From NCBI GenBank assembly GCA_018971265.1, contig JAGXBE010000003.1:1-38682 (forward strand): a DNA stretch of 38,682 bases, read 5' to 3'. This stretch comes from Patescibacteria group bacterium (lineage in GTDB: Bacteria; Patescibacteriota; Minisyncoccia; Phycocordibacterales; Phycocordibacteraceae). Below the pieces are notes generated by a model. That model was not told where the DNA came from. It saw only the letters and a program-made list of their open reading frames with translations, and made no database searches. The translations under genes were made by a program, and so were the position numbers. Every line of letters begins with the position of its first letter. Positions within the stretch are counted from its first letter, which is position 1. Below, piece by piece: positions 27,435 through 37,257 of this stretch.

Positions 27435-28841
27435 CACCAAATCCTTGGTAATCTCCCAGGTCTGGCCCATCTCGGGGACGATGGCGCGGGCGTCGGCTCC
27501 CCTTCTGGAGTCCTGATGCAGGAGGTAATCGTGAATACGCTGCGCAAGGAAACGCTCGGCGGCGGGCTCGCCAATCGCGGTGAAAATGGCTTTCGTGCGC
27601 TTTCCGGAAAGCGCCGCCTCGGCAAATTCTAAAAGACCGTCGCGGTCGGCGTGCGCCGACCACCCTTCGAGGATTTCTACTTTCGCACGCAAGCGAACTT
27701 CAAGACCACCAAGGCGCACGGAGCGCGCGCCTTCTGCCATGCGCCGTCCCGGGCTTCCAGGCGCCTGGTAGCCGACAATAACGAGGGTCGTCGCGGGATC
27801 GGGAAGATACTTCTGCTCCCAGAGGCCGATGCGGCCGCCGTGACTCATCCCGGCGCCGGCGATGATGATTTTTGGATTCGGCGTTTTCTCTATCTCCTCT
27901 GACTCCCTGCGCGAAAGCGTCTTGTGCAGGAACGGGAATTCAAATATGCTCTTTTCCCGTCTCATCTCCTCTTCCGCCTCGTTCTTGAAGTAGGTCGACC
28001 CCCACTTCTCATACACTTCAGTCACGTGGATGGCGAGCGGCGAGTCAAGAAAAACCGGCACCCTTGGAAGCTCTCCTGCGGCGAAGAAATTCGAGAGTTC
28101 ATAAAGCATGAGCTGAGTGCGTTCGAGCGAAAAGGCGGGGATGAGCACCGCTCCGCCTTTTTTTATCGCCTTTGCTAGCGTGTCTCGAAGGAGCTCGACA
28201 CGGCGCCGCTGCGCCGGGTGGAGCCGGTCGCCGTAGACGCTCTCCATGACGAGGGCGTCCGCATCCGGTACCGGCTCCCAGTCGGGCAAGAGCGGCGAAG
28301 GCGAATTACCGATGTCGCCCGTAAGTGCCACAGCAACGCCGTCTTCGTCTTTTATCCGCACGCTCGCCGAGCCGAGGATATGGCCGGTGTTCCGCAGGTA
28401 AACGGAGAGACCGGGCGCAATTTCTTTTTCGGTGTGGTACGCAAGCGTCTCTATAAGCGAAAAGGTTGTGTCGACATCTTTTTCCTCGTAAAGAGGCGCT
28501 ACGCCGCGCCGCTCGGCGTCTTGATCGATGATGCCGACCGAGTCGCGCAGGATGAGTTCGGCGATATCTTTTGTGGGCGGCGTCATGAAAATTTTCCCGC
28601 GGAAACCACTTCGAACGAGTTTCGGGATGCGGCCGACATGATCAAGATGCGCATGCGTGAGGACGAGCGCGTCGACCGCTGTCACGTCGTAGGGAAATAG
28701 TCCATAGACGCACTCTTCGCAGAAATCGGCGCCCTGTTCGATGCCGCAGTCAACGAGGATTTTCCCGCGCGCACCTTCAATAAGGAAATTTGAGCCGGTT
28801 ACCTTCCCCGCTCCGCCATAAAAACTCACGCGTAATGCCAT
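27405..28841 (-). CDS. Metallo-beta-lactamase/beta-CASP RNA-processing nuclease (YSH1/TTHA0252-like)
   Basis: VTGS, DCG, THAHLDHVGR, GHILGS, MESVYGDR, PAFSLERTQ, GMSHGGR, WSAHAD. Confidence 0.92.
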   Translation of the reverse strand: MALRVSFYGGAGKVTGSNFLIEGARGKILVDCGIEQGADFCEECVYGLFPYDVTAVDALVLTHAHLDHVGRIPKLVRSGFRGKIFMTPPTKDIAELILRDSVGIIDQDAERRGVAPLYEEKDVDTTFSLIETLAYHTEKEIAPGLSVYLRNTGHILGSASVRIKDEDGVAVALTGDIGNSPSPLLPDWEPVPDADALVMESVYGDRLHPAQRRRVELLRDTLAKAIKKGGAVLIPAFSLERTQLMLYELSNFFAAGELPRVPVFLDSPLAIHVTEVYEKWGSTYFKNEAEEEMRREKSIFEFPFLHKTLSRRESEEIEKTPNPKIIIAGAGMSHGGRIGLWEQKYLPDPATTLVIVGYQAPGSPGRRMAEGARSVRLGGLEVRLRAKVEILEGWSAHADRDGLLEFAEAALSGKRTKAIFTAIGEPAAERFLAQRIHDYLLHQDSRRGADARAIVPEMGQTWEITKDLVKKIKAPSSF

Positions 28842-28868
28842 ACGCGCACTCTAGCATAACGCTTCCAC

Positions 28869-28900
28869 AAAATATCCCGTCTCATTGAGACGGGATTTTT
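28869..28900. terminator. Bidirectional intrinsic terminator
   Basis: ATCCCGTCTC-ATT-GAGACGGGAT flanked by A and T runs. Confidence 0.75.
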
Positions 28901-28902
28901 CG

Positions 28903-29043
28903 TGGAGCCATTCCCTGATGCAACTTCATTTTGCCAGGTGGGGTCCCCGCGCGGTAGCGCAGGAACGAGTTACGCTCGCATTGCTACCGACGACTTCGAA
29001 ACCCCGAGAATACGGCAAGTTGCGTTTAAAAAGAGTGGCTCCA
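28903..29043 (-). ncRNA. Probable 6S-like RNA (short rod with a central bubble)
   Basis: Nested stems TGGAGCCA/TGGCTCCA, GCAACTT/AAGTTGC, bubble, GGGGT/ACCCC, CGGTAGC/GCTACCG, CGAG/CTCG. Extended -10 TGG-TATACT lies 6 nt before the 5' end and a terminator follows the 3' end. Confidence 0.62.
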
Positions 29044-29115
29044 TCTGAAAGTATACCAGTGCTGTCAAGCGACGGTTGTGGAGAATTATGTGCACATCCT
29101 GTGCATTACGGTGTA

Positions 29116-29700
29116 TTACTCACCGTGCCGTTTGTAGGAATAGGTTTTCCCTATACCAAACCAGTGCTCAATTTCGTGTACGGCTTCTTCGGGCGTCTCG
29201 GACGCGTGGATGATGTTCGCCACCGCACGCTTCTCGGCGTTCGCGAGCGCAGGAGAATCGTTTGAAAAATCTCCGCGAATGGTACCCATGTCGGCCTGGT
29301 ACGGCATAGTCGGCCCGCAGATTTTACGCACCATGTCGACCGCGTGCGTACCTTCGATCACCATTTTCACAAGAGGAGCGGAGAGCATGTAGTCGACGAG
29401 CCATTTGCGAATTTCGGGACCTATTTCCTCCGGTGCGGTCGTACCGAAATCTTCCATCGCGTCGAACTGATATTTTTCATAAGTGGCGAGTGTCTTCTCG
29501 CCGAGTCGCTTCACCCATACGGCATCTTTCGGGTAGTGGGCGTCGATTTCTTCAAAGGTCGGCTGAAACATCTCGAGCGCGACGATTTTCAGGTCGCGCT
29601 GCTCGAAGCGTTTGATAATCTCGCCAACAAGGCCCTTTTTCACCCCGTCGGGCTTCACCATCACATACGTTCTCTCTTCTTTCGGATTCTTATTCGCCAT
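29116..29700 (-). CDS. ndk: Nucleoside diphosphate kinase (long-insert type)
   Basis: ERTYVMVKPDGV, GTIRGDFS, NIIHASE (catalytic His). Confidence 0.95.
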   Translation of the reverse strand: MANKNPKEERTYVMVKPDGVKKGLVGEIIKRFEQRDLKIVALEMFQPTFEEIDAHYPKDAVWVKRLGEKTLATYEKYQFDAMEDFGTTAPEEIGPEIRKWLVDYMLSAPLVKMVIEGTHAVDMVRKICGPTMPYQADMGTIRGDFSNDSPALANAEKRAVANIIHASETPEEAVHEIEHWFGIGKTYSYKRHGE

Positions 29701-29730
29701 AATTTCAGAAATAAAATAGCCGCAGGGCGG

Positions 29731-30495
29731 TCATCTGGTAATGATACGTGCTCCACCCCTTTCAATCAAGATCGTGTGTTCGAAGTGAGCGGAGCGGGAA
29801 CCGTCTTTAGTCCTGTACGTATAACCATCCGGCGCGAGGGCGACCGCCCCTTTGCCGGTGCTTGAAATCGGTTCGAGTGCAAGCACCATGCCCTCAGTGA
29901 GCGGCTGGCCGGCGCCCGAACGACCATAGTTCGGGATAAATGGCTCTTCGTGTACCCGGTCGCCAACGCCGTGTCCGCCGAGCGCTTTTACCACTGAAAA
30001 ACCGGCTTGGTCGATTTCTTCGCCAATAGCGTGCGAAATATCGCCGACGTGATTCCCGGGGATTGCCGCACTTATACCGGAGGCAAGCGCCCCTTCAGTC
30101 GCGGACAACAGTCTTTTCGAGAGTTCGTCTATCAGACCAACCGGCACCGTAATCGCAGCGTCAACGATGATTCCTTCGTGGATGAGGCCGAGATCAAGCC
30201 CGACGATATCCCCTTCTTTCAGGGTCTTTTTTGACTCATTCGGAATACCGTGTACGACCTCGTCGTTTATGGAAACACACAGCGTCGCCGGATACGGGCG
30301 CCGGGCGCCCTCGGGCGTATAGCCAAGAAATGCCGGAGTGTCGCCACGGGCGCGGATGAGTCCTTCCGCCATGTCATCGAGTTCTTCAGCCGTCACCCCG
30401 GGAACGACTTTTGCGCGAAGTGTCGCCAGTACGGATGCAAGACGTTTCCCCGCCTCGATTAAATTATCACGCTCCGTGTCGTTTTTAATCGTCAT
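29731..30495 (-). CDS. map: Methionine aminopeptidase type I
   Basis: CVSINDEVVHGIP, GHGVG, HEEP, ALEP, SAHFEHT. Confidence 0.96.
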   Translation of the reverse strand: MTIKNDTERDNLIEAGKRLASVLATLRAKVVPGVTAEELDDMAEGLIRARGDTPAFLGYTPEGARRPYPATLCVSINDEVVHGIPNESKKTLKEGDIVGLDLGLIHEGIIVDAAITVPVGLIDELSKRLLSATEGALASGISAAIPGNHVGDISHAIGEEIDQAGFSVVKALGGHGVGDRVHEEPFIPNYGRSGAGQPLTEGMVLALEPISSTGKGAVALAPDGYTYRTKDGSRSAHFEHTILIERGGARIITR

Positions 30496-31100
30496 GCGAT
30501 GGAAAGTACGGTGCGAATATGTTCGGCGATCTGCTCCGGCGGCTGTTCACCCTGTATCTCTAAGAGCACTCCCGCTTCGCGAAAAATTCGAATCGCCGGC
30601 TCAGTGTATGCGTAATATTCCTTCAAACGCTCGCTTACGGCCGTGTCGTCCCGCCGGCCCTCGGCCTCCCTTCGGCCAGAGAGACGCCGATGCACTTCTT
30701 CATCGGAAATGCTTATGTATAAAATTGAAAACGGGCGGGCGAGCCAGGTCAGGGAGTCGATGATAAGTTCCGCTTCAGCAACCTTTCGATTGAAGCCGTC
30801 GAATATGACGCTTGTGTCGTCGGGGAGCGAGAAAAGCGCTTTTTGGTAGAGGTACATCGCGAACCAGTGCGGCGCCAGAAACCCCATATCTATTTCTGAT
30901 TTTATTTTTCTGCCAACGGCGTTTTCGAGAGCGGCTATCGTCCGAAACTGCTGGCCTGCGGAAATGACCGGCCAGTCGGTTTTTTCGGAGAGGAGCTTCG
31001 CCTGTGTGCCCTTCCCGCACCCGGGCTTCCCGATGAAGAATATCGTATGCGCCCCTTCGCGGTCTTCCGCGTTGGAAGTACTTTTGGGGTGTGTATCCAT
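30492..31100 (-). CDS. adk: Adenylate kinase (short LID)
   Basis: GKPGCGKGTQA, FDGFNR, RRDD; position between secY and map. Confidence 0.88.
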   Translation of the reverse strand: MDTHPKSTSNAEDREGAHTIFFIGKPGCGKGTQAKLLSEKTDWPVISAGQQFRTIAALENAVGRKIKSEIDMGFLAPHWFAMYLYQKALFSLPDDTSVIFDGFNRKVAEAELIIDSLTWLARPFSILYISISDEEVHRRLSGRREAEGRRDDTAVSERLKEYYAYTEPAIRIFREAGVLLEIQGEQPPEQIAEHIRTVLSIA

Positions 31101-31122
31101 CATTTCACTCTAGCACTTTTAT

Positions 31123-32397
31123 TTAATATTCCCGAAGCGAAACTTGCGCGTCGATCTTATGCGCCAAATCAAGTGCCACTTGCACCGCGATAAGAAGCGC
31201 CGTTCCTCCCAAAACGAGCGTAGTGATTCCGGTGAGCCCCTGGATTATAGACGGCGCCACTGCAAGAAGACCGAGAAATGCGGCGCCCGGGAAGGTGACG
31301 CGGTGTACGACTCTGCCGATGTATTCTTCAGTCTCGCGGCCGGGGCGCACGCCCGGAACGAATGCGCCGGTTTTCTGGAGGTCTTCCGCAACACGGTGAG
31401 GTTCAAAGGTCACTGCGGTGTAGAAATAAGTGAAGAGAACGACGAACAGGAAGTACACGGCGCCATACTTCCATGGATTGGAAAGAAAGGCGGTATACCA
31501 GAGCGCTGCGGCGGCAGCGAAAGAAACGTGCGTTGCGGCAAGCATCGAGAGGACCATTTGCGGCAACAAGAGGAGTGAGAGGGCGAAAATAATCGGGATA
31601 ACGCCCGCCTGCAAAAGCCGTATCGGTAGATACGTCGCGGCCCCCTGCGAAAGCGCCGCTCCTCTCACTTGTCGCGCATATGCAATCGGTATCGAACGTT
31701 CTGCGTCGGAGACGACAACGACCGCGTAAATCATGATGAGCGCGAGTATGAAGAACGCAAGGTAACTGGGAATGTTTGCGGCAGAAGCCGCAAAAATTGT
31801 TTGTGAAATGCTTGAGGGAACGCGCGAGAGGATCCCGGCAAGGATGATAAGAGAAACTCCGTTGCCGATGCCAAACTCGGTCACAAGCTCGCCTATCCAA
31901 GTGAGGAGCAACGACCCCGCGGCAACGAGTGCAATATTCGCAATGAACGCTACGGGACCCAAGTGCGTTATGACGCCCTGGCTTTCAAGAAGAAAGAGGA
32001 ACCCGATTGCCTGTAGAGCGGCTATCGGTACTGTCAGAATACGGCTCCATTCGATGAATTTCGCGCGTCCTGCCTCGCCCTCTTCGAAGTACGCTCTCTT
32101 TACCTGCGGGAATATGATGGTTCCGAGCTGCATGATTATTGAGGCGGTAATGTAGGGACCGACGCCGAGCATCACAATTGAAAGCTGTGAAAGCCCGCCG
32201 CCTGAAAAGATATTCAGGAGGCCGAAGAATTGATTGTTCGCAAAGAAAGCGGCAAGTGCGGTTTTATCGACGCCGGGAATCGGGATGGAAGCAAGCAGAC
32301 GGAAAATGACGAGAGCGGCAGCAAGAAAGAGAACCCGGCGCCGTATTTCTAAATCGCCGAAAGCAAGTTTGAGTTTGTAAATGAAAGAATTAAACAT
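31123..32397 (-). CDS. secY: Preprotein translocase subunit SecY
   Basis: LGVGPYITASII, GIGNGVSLII, AGVIPIIFA, FVPGVRPG, GGTALLI. Confidence 0.97.
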   Translation of the reverse strand: MFNSFIYKLKLAFGDLEIRRRVLFLAAALVIFRLLASIPIPGVDKTALAAFFANNQFFGLLNIFSGGGLSQLSIVMLGVGPYITASIIMQLGTIIFPQVKRAYFEEGEAGRAKFIEWSRILTVPIAALQAIGFLFLLESQGVITHLGPVAFIANIALVAAGSLLLTWIGELVTEFGIGNGVSLIILAGILSRVPSSISQTIFAASAANIPSYLAFFILALIMIYAVVVVSDAERSIPIAYARQVRGAALSQGAATYLPIRLLQAGVIPIIFALSLLLLPQMVLSMLAATHVSFAAAAALWYTAFLSNPWKYGAVYFLFVVLFTYFYTAVTFEPHRVAEDLQKTGAFVPGVRPGRETEEYIGRVVHRVTFPGAAFLGLLAVAPSIIQGLTGITTLVLGGTALLIAVQVALDLAHKIDAQVSLREY

Positions 32398-32842
32398 TGA
32401 TAGTGCCGCCGTGCTGAAGTATAACGGCGCGGGCAGTGTCGGAGAGCGCACAGTTCTTTATGACGAACGCTTTCGTGAGCGAGCCCGCACCCAATATCTT
32501 CACCGCAGGCGCGCGCCCTTTTGTGCGCCGCACAAGACCTCTCGCAAGCAGTGAAGACGGTGAGACTGTCTCACCGGTAGTATACGCCGCTTCTAGTGCC
32601 GCGATATTTACCGCCGAGACGGCCGTACGGTTCGTTCGAACCGTACGCGAACGATTTTTACCGTGACCTCGACGCTTTGGGAGCTTTTTGATAAGGTCGC
32701 GGACTTCGGGACGGATCTTGTGCCCCGCGCGCGCCGTCTGCCCTTTGCCGCCCCGGCCGCTTGTTTTTCCACGCTTGCCGCCCCGACCGACCGGCTCGGG
32801 CGTGCGGCGTTTCGTACGAGGAATGAGAGAGTGGAGTTGCAT
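32390..32842 (-). CDS. rplO: 50S ribosomal protein L15
   Basis: VGRGGKRGKTSGRGGKGQTARAG, LPKRRG, VKILG. Confidence 0.96.
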   Translation of the reverse strand: MQLHSLIPRTKRRTPEPVGRGGKRGKTSGRGGKGQTARAGHKIRPEVRDLIKKLPKRRGHGKNRSRTVRTNRTAVSAVNIAALEAAYTTGETVSPSSLLARGLVRRTKGRAPAVKILGAGSLTKAFVIKNCALSDTARAVILQHGGTINV

Positions 32843-32852
32843 AAAAGAAAAG

Positions 32853-33473
32853 TTATTCGGCGCTGAGCATCCTGAGCGCCGCGACCGTCGCGCGTGCGAT
32901 GGTGAGTTTATTTTTCGAGCGCGTGTGGATTTTCGCCACGACGTCAGTGACGCCGCCGAGATCGAGTACGGTACGCATCGCCGAGCCCGCGACGAGCCCG
33001 CGCCCCTTCGACGGAATTACTTCGACAATTGAAGAGCCGTACTTTGCCCTTACTTGGTGCGGGACTGAGCCCGTCGCCGTGCGGACAATCGTAAGAAGAT
33101 TTTTCTTTGCGTCACGTGTCGCTTTATCTATGGCGAGCGCCGTGTCGACCCCCTTCCCGAGACCGACGCCGACGCGGCCTTTCTTGTCTCCGATAACAAC
33201 AACGAGACTAAAGCTGAAACGGCGGCCTCCTGCCATGACGCGGGCGACGCGACGCGCATCTATGGTGACCTGTTCGAACTCTCCTCGTTCGCGTGGCGGA
33301 CGTGCGCGGGCACCCCCGCGCGGCGTCCGTGCCCGACCCCGCAACGACCCGCGACCGTGCGCGGCCGCAGTCTGCTCGGCGGCGGCAGGTGCCGCTTCCT
33401 CCGGCGAAGCAGACACCGGTGCATCCGTTGCGGCTTCCTGCGTGTCTCTCGGTTCCAATATCGTAGTATCCAT
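32853..33473 (-). CDS. rpsE: 30S ribosomal protein S5 with a low-complexity N-terminal extension
   Basis: RVARVMAGGRRFSFS, VGVGLGKG, GLVAG. Confidence 0.96.
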   Translation of the reverse strand: MDTTILEPRDTQEAATDAPVSASPEEAAPAAAEQTAAAHGRGSLRGRARTPRGGARARPPRERGEFEQVTIDARRVARVMAGGRRFSFSLVVVIGDKKGRVGVGLGKGVDTALAIDKATRDAKKNLLTIVRTATGSVPHQVRAKYGSSIVEVIPSKGRGLVAGSAMRTVLDLGGVTDVVAKIHTRSKNKLTIARATVAALRMLSAE

Positions 33474-33487
33474 GAGAATTTCTAAAA

Positions 33488-33838
33488 TTAAAAAACGAGG
33501 CCCCCTTCGCGCGCCGCATCGGCGAGTGTTTTAACCTGTCCACCGTAACGATACCCGCCACGATCAAAAACAATCGCGGTGATCCCTGCCGCCTTGGCTT
33601 TTTTTGCGATTGTCTCGCCGACCGCCCTTGCTTGGACAGACTGCGCCCCCTTGAATTCGCGACCATGTGCGGCAGCTATCGTTTTCCCCGCGGTGTCGTC
33701 GATAAGCTGCGCCGAGACAAACCGGTTGCTTTTGTACACTGCAAGGCGCGGACGCTCCGGCGTGCCTTTGACGATTGAACGAACGCGCGCATGGCGGCGT
33801 TTGCGCAGTTCGCTGTTTGTTTTTGATGCGCTGTTCAT
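33488..33838 (-). CDS. rplR: 50S ribosomal protein L18
   Basis: [21 protein letters not shown]. Confidence 0.97.
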   Translation of the reverse strand: MNSASKTNSELRKRRHARVRSIVKGTPERPRLAVYKSNRFVSAQLIDDTAGKTIAAAHGREFKGAQSVQARAVGETIAKKAKAAGITAIVFDRGGYRYGGQVKTLADAAREGGLVF

Positions 33839-33844
33839 AAATTA

Positions 33845-34375
33845 TTATGCGGCCTTTTTCCCTTGCTTACGCAGGATTACCTCCCCTTCGTAGCGAATGC
33901 CTTTGCCAAGATACGGCTCTGGAGGTTTTATGCGCCTGATATTCGCCGCAAATTGTCCGACCGATTCCTTGTTCGCGCTTTCGATCTTAATCACGTTCTT
34001 CTCAACCGTCACCGAAACGTCTTCCGGTATCCTAAGCGCGACCGGGTGTGAGAAGCCGACGGCAAGAATAACATCCTTGCCTTTCACTTCAACACGATAG
34101 CCCACGCCCTCAAGAATGAGTTTCTTTACATACGTTGTTTCGACCCCGGCAACCATGTTCCTTACATGCGAGGCAAAGGTTCCCGTAAGCGCTTTGGCGA
34201 GACGCGAACTGTCTTTCGGGACAATAGTGACACCCTCTTCGCCAACTGTTATGGCGACGGAGGGGTGCACGCGCTTAGTAAGCACGCCCTTGGTGCCTTT
34301 CACGGAAAGAACCCCTCCCTCTACGGAGACAGCAGTCTTCCCTATTGCTATCGGTTTTTTTGCAAGGCGACTCAT
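33845..34375 (-). CDS. rplF: 50S ribosomal protein L6
   Basis: GVGYR, GFSHPV, PEPYLGKGIRY. Confidence 0.97.
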   Translation of the reverse strand: MSRLAKKPIAIGKTAVSVEGGVLSVKGTKGVLTKRVHPSVAITVGEEGVTIVPKDSSRLAKALTGTFASHVRNMVAGVETTYVKKLILEGVGYRVEVKGKDVILAVGFSHPVALRIPEDVSVTVEKNVIKIESANKESVGQFAANIRRIKPPEPYLGKGIRYEGEVILRKQGKKAA

Positions 34376-34381
34376 AGAAGA

Positions 34382-34786
34382 TTACCAGATCTCGAAAAGT
34401 TCTTCGCCGCCGACGCGGTTTTTACGCGCCTCTTTATCTGAAATGATGCCGGCTGAAGACGAGAGGATGCGCGCGCCAATACCGCCTTTCACCCTATGTG
34501 CGGCGGTATGCGGGGCGTAGAGTCTGCGACCGGGTTTGCTGACGCGTCGTACACCGCGCACTTTCGGAAGTCCGTGTTCATCGTATGCAAGCGTCGCCAC
34601 GATGGTTTTCTTTACGTTGCCATCATCCTTTGTATCTATCTTGACGGCGGTAACGAAACCCAGCTCTCTCAGTTTTTCCGCAATGGCGGCAAGATGCGCC
34701 GAGTATGGTGTCGCGACCTCGCGCTTGCCGATGCGCGCGGCATTTTGCAGACGAATAATGAAGTCGCCGACGCGGTCGCTTACCAT
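34382..34786 (-). CDS. rpsH: 30S ribosomal protein S8
   Basis: [28 protein letters not shown]. Confidence 0.97.
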   Translation of the reverse strand: MVSDRVGDFIIRLQNAARIGKREVATPYSAHLAAIAEKLRELGFVTAVKIDTKDDGNVKKTIVATLAYDEHGLPKVRGVRRVSKPGRRLYAPHTAAHRVKGGIGARILSSSAGIISDKEARKNRVGGEELFEIW

Positions 34787-35049
34787 GATGCTTTCTTAAC
34801 GCCCGGAATCTTCCCCTCGCGCGCAAGCTGGCGGAACTGAATGCGCGAAAGGCCGAAGGCGCGCATATATCCGCGCGAACGACCCGTAACTGCACAACGG
34901 TTTTTGAGCCGCACCGGTGAAGAATTTCTCGGGAGCTTTTGGAGACCCTCGGAGTCGCCAGCCAATTTTAAAGCTGCACGCTTCATAGCGTACTTCTTCA
35001 CTAGTCTTTCCTTCTTGGCATACCGTGCCAGCTGGGACTTTTTGGCCAT
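34780..35049 (-). CDS. rpsN: 30S ribosomal protein S14, 89-aa zinc-independent (C-) type
   Basis: [35 protein letters not shown]; only one Cys. Confidence 0.95.
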   Translation of the reverse strand: MAKKSQLARYAKKERLVKKYAMKRAALKLAGDSEGLQKLPRNSSPVRLKNRCAVTGRSRGYMRAFGLSRIQFRQLAREGKIPGVKKASW

Positions 35050-35158
35050 AAATAAGGGTTTACTAGCTGCGCTCGCTCAAAAAAAGTAAGTTGCTTTCCT
35101 TTTTCATTGCTCGCTTGCTAGTAAAAAATAAAGCTCCGAGGAGCGTATCTCCACACTA

Positions 35159-35710
35159 TCAGCGTTTTATGCCCGAGTCAACGATAAGCGGGACACCAAC
35201 GTGACGGAAGAAGCTCTCTGCCTCGGCCTTAGTCGAAGCTGTGGTAACAATAGTGACCGCAAAACCAAAGACGTCCTTAAGATCCTCGTCCGGAGTTTCT
35301 GGGAAAATGGTGTGTTCCTTGATGCCGATAGTGAGGTTGCCCATGTCATCAACCGCTGAAGCGGCAATGCCGTGGAAATCTCGAGTGCGCGGCAAGGCAA
35401 TGTGAATCAGCTTATCAAGGAAATCATACATTCGTGAGCCGCGCAGCGTTATTTGAAGACCGACCGTGTCGCCTTCCCGTACTTTAAAAGAAGCGATGGA
35501 GAGACGCGCCGCACGCAATGCGGGCTTTTGGCCTGTAATTTTCGCGAGCCGATCCTCGATAAGTTCGATTTGTTTTTTGTCGCGTTTCTTGCCCACGCCG
35601 GAAGAAACAACGACTTTGCTTATGCGCGGGCTCTGCATCGCGCTCGTATAGCCGAAGGTTTCCGCGAGTGCGGAATATGCGGTCTGCTGCTTTTGTTTTG
35701 TGATAGACAT
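35159..35710 (-). CDS. rplE: 50S ribosomal protein L5
   Basis: ITGQKP, SIASFKVREG, LPRTRDF, IFPE. Confidence 0.97.
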   Translation of the reverse strand: MSITKQKQQTAYSALAETFGYTSAMQSPRISKVVVSSGVGKKRDKKQIELIEDRLAKITGQKPALRAARLSIASFKVREGDTVGLQITLRGSRMYDFLDKLIHIALPRTRDFHGIAASAVDDMGNLTIGIKEHTIFPETPDEDLKDVFGFAVTIVTTASTKAEAESFFRHVGVPLIVDSGIKR

Positions 35711-35712
35711 AA

Positions 35713-35931
35713 TTATTCTTCGACGCGCGCCACGTTTGAAACGTGGATGGGGCGGGGCCGCTCGGAAATACGGCCGACCTCTCCCGTGCGGCCCTTATGA
35801 TGTCTTTTCGCGATGGCAACACCCTCGACGACGACTTTATCCAGGCGGGGCAGGGCGCGCAGAACGACACCGGCCGTACCCCTGTCTTTGCCTGAAATGA
35901 TTCTTACTTTGTCTCCTTTTTTGACGTGCAT
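35713..35931 (-). CDS. rplX: 50S ribosomal protein L24 (short, 72 aa)
   Basis: [15 protein letters not shown] (KOW motif), PIHVSNV. Confidence 0.94.
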   Translation of the reverse strand: MHVKKGDKVRIISGKDRGTAGVVLRALPRLDKVVVEGVAIAKRHHKGRTGEVGRISERPRPIHVSNVARVEE

Positions 35932-35941
35932 ACTGAAAAAA

Positions 35942-36319
35942 TTAAACGACCTCGGGCGCGAGCGATACGATGGAATGCCACCCCCGCTCGGAGAGCTCGC
36001 GCGGGACAGGACCGAAAATGCGGTTCCCTTTCGGCGCTATTTCCTTGCCCTGTTTTTCGACAATCACGACCGCGTTTTCGTCAAACCGTATATAAGAACC
36101 GTCTTTTCTGGCGAAAGAATTTTTCTGTCGTACGATGACCGCACGGCAAACGTCCTTCTTCTTTACCGCCTTGCGCGGCTCAGCGGTCTGTATGGAAATA
36201 ACCACCGTATCACCGATGCGCGCATAGCGGCGCTTAGAACCTCCGAGTACTTTGAATATCCGGGCGACCTTGCCTCCGGAATTGTCTGCAACCATAACGA
36301 TGGATTGGGGTTGTAACAT
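35942..36319 (-). CDS. rplN: 50S ribosomal protein L14
   Basis: [31 protein letters not shown]. Confidence 0.98.
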   Translation of the reverse strand: MLQPQSIVMVADNSGGKVARIFKVLGGSKRRYARIGDTVVISIQTAEPRKAVKKKDVCRAVIVRQKNSFARKDGSYIRFDENAVVIVEKQGKEIAPKGNRIFGPVPRELSERGWHSIVSLAPEVV

Positions 36320-36320
36320 A

Positions 36321-36599
36321 TCAGTTCTTCTCGCCGGAAGTCGGTGTCGCGTTTTCAGCTGAAGCTATGGCGAAATGCTTCCGTCGAGAAATCGGTCGCG
36401 TTGCCACAATGGTGACCTTGTCGCCAACTTGCACCGTGTTGCCCGGATTGTGCACGAGGTATTTCTTCGATCGTACGAAATATTTTTTATACTTCGTATT
36501 CTTCACGAAACGATCGACGCGGACCGTCGCGGTATCTTTCATCGCCGTCTTGACGACGACACCAGAGAACGATTGGGGGCGAAAGATGTGCTGCTCCAT
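36321..36599 (-). CDS. rpsQ: 30S ribosomal protein S17
   Basis: GVVVKTAMKDT, GDKVTIVATRPISRRK. Confidence 0.95.
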   Translation of the reverse strand: MEQHIFRPQSFSGVVVKTAMKDTATVRVDRFVKNTKYKKYFVRSKKYLVHNPGNTVQVGDKVTIVATRPISRRKHFAIASAENATPTSGEKN

Positions 36600-36602
36600 A
36601 GT

Positions 36603-36803
36603 TTAACGTGCACGAAGTGCGCGTGCATGCTGCTCCGTGAGAACGCGCGCAATGCTTGTACGAAGCTTCCGAGGAGCGCTCGAGTCCTTTGGGCGGGAGC
36701 CCGCGGCCGCAAAACGCTCGCTGCGCAGCTGCGCGCGCGTATCAACAAGAATCTTCATAAGTTCCTGGTCTGTCACGGTCGTCATAGTATTCTTTTTTGT
36801 CAT
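36603..36803 (-). CDS. rpmC: 50S ribosomal protein L29
   Basis: RKLRTSIARVLT; lies between rplP and rpsQ. The start may be 36785. Confidence 0.88.
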   Translation of the reverse strand: MTKKNTMTTVTDQELMKILVDTRAQLRSERFAAAGSRPKDSSAPRKLRTSIARVLTEQHARALRAR

Positions 36804-36825
36804 ACAAATAAGGAAAAAGCAATGA

Positions 36826-37248
36826 TTAGTGGCGTGTGACGATCGAGGTCTTGACGGGCAATTTCATGCCGGCCTGTCGCAAATGCGCACGCGCGACATC
36901 CTCGGCGACACCGTCAATCTCGAAAAGCACCCGCCCCGGACGCACTTCAAAAACGTAGTGTTTCGGATCGCCTTTTCCGCTACCCATCCCTACTTCCGCA
37001 GGCTTGGCAGTTACCGGCCTATCAGGAAAGATGCGGATCCAGAGTTTGCCTGTTTTTGCAGTCGCACGCGTGAGCACCTTGCGTGCCGCCTCTATCTGGT
37101 TGCTCGTCATGCGGGCGTGCGAAAGCGCTTTAAGGCCCATGAGGCCGAAGGCGACCGTCGTGCCGCGCGTGTCGGGACGCGCGAGGCGCCTTTCGCTCAT
37201 GCGCTGCGTCTGCCACTTACGGTGTTTTACTTTCTTGGGAAACAACAT
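36826..37248 (-). CDS. rplP: 50S ribosomal protein L16
   Basis: QIEAAR, WIRIFPD, MGSGKG. Confidence 0.98.
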   Translation of the reverse strand: MLFPKKVKHRKWQTQRMSERRLARPDTRGTTVAFGLMGLKALSHARMTSNQIEAARKVLTRATAKTGKLWIRIFPDRPVTAKPAEVGMGSGKGDPKHYVFEVRPGRVLFEIDGVAEDVARAHLRQAGMKLPVKTSIVTRH

Positions 37249-37257
37249 ATGGAAATA

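Noticed and set aside
29063-29068. TTGACA as the -35 of the 6S-like RNA promoter
   Set aside because: It is only 7 nt from the TATACT, so the spacing is incompatible.
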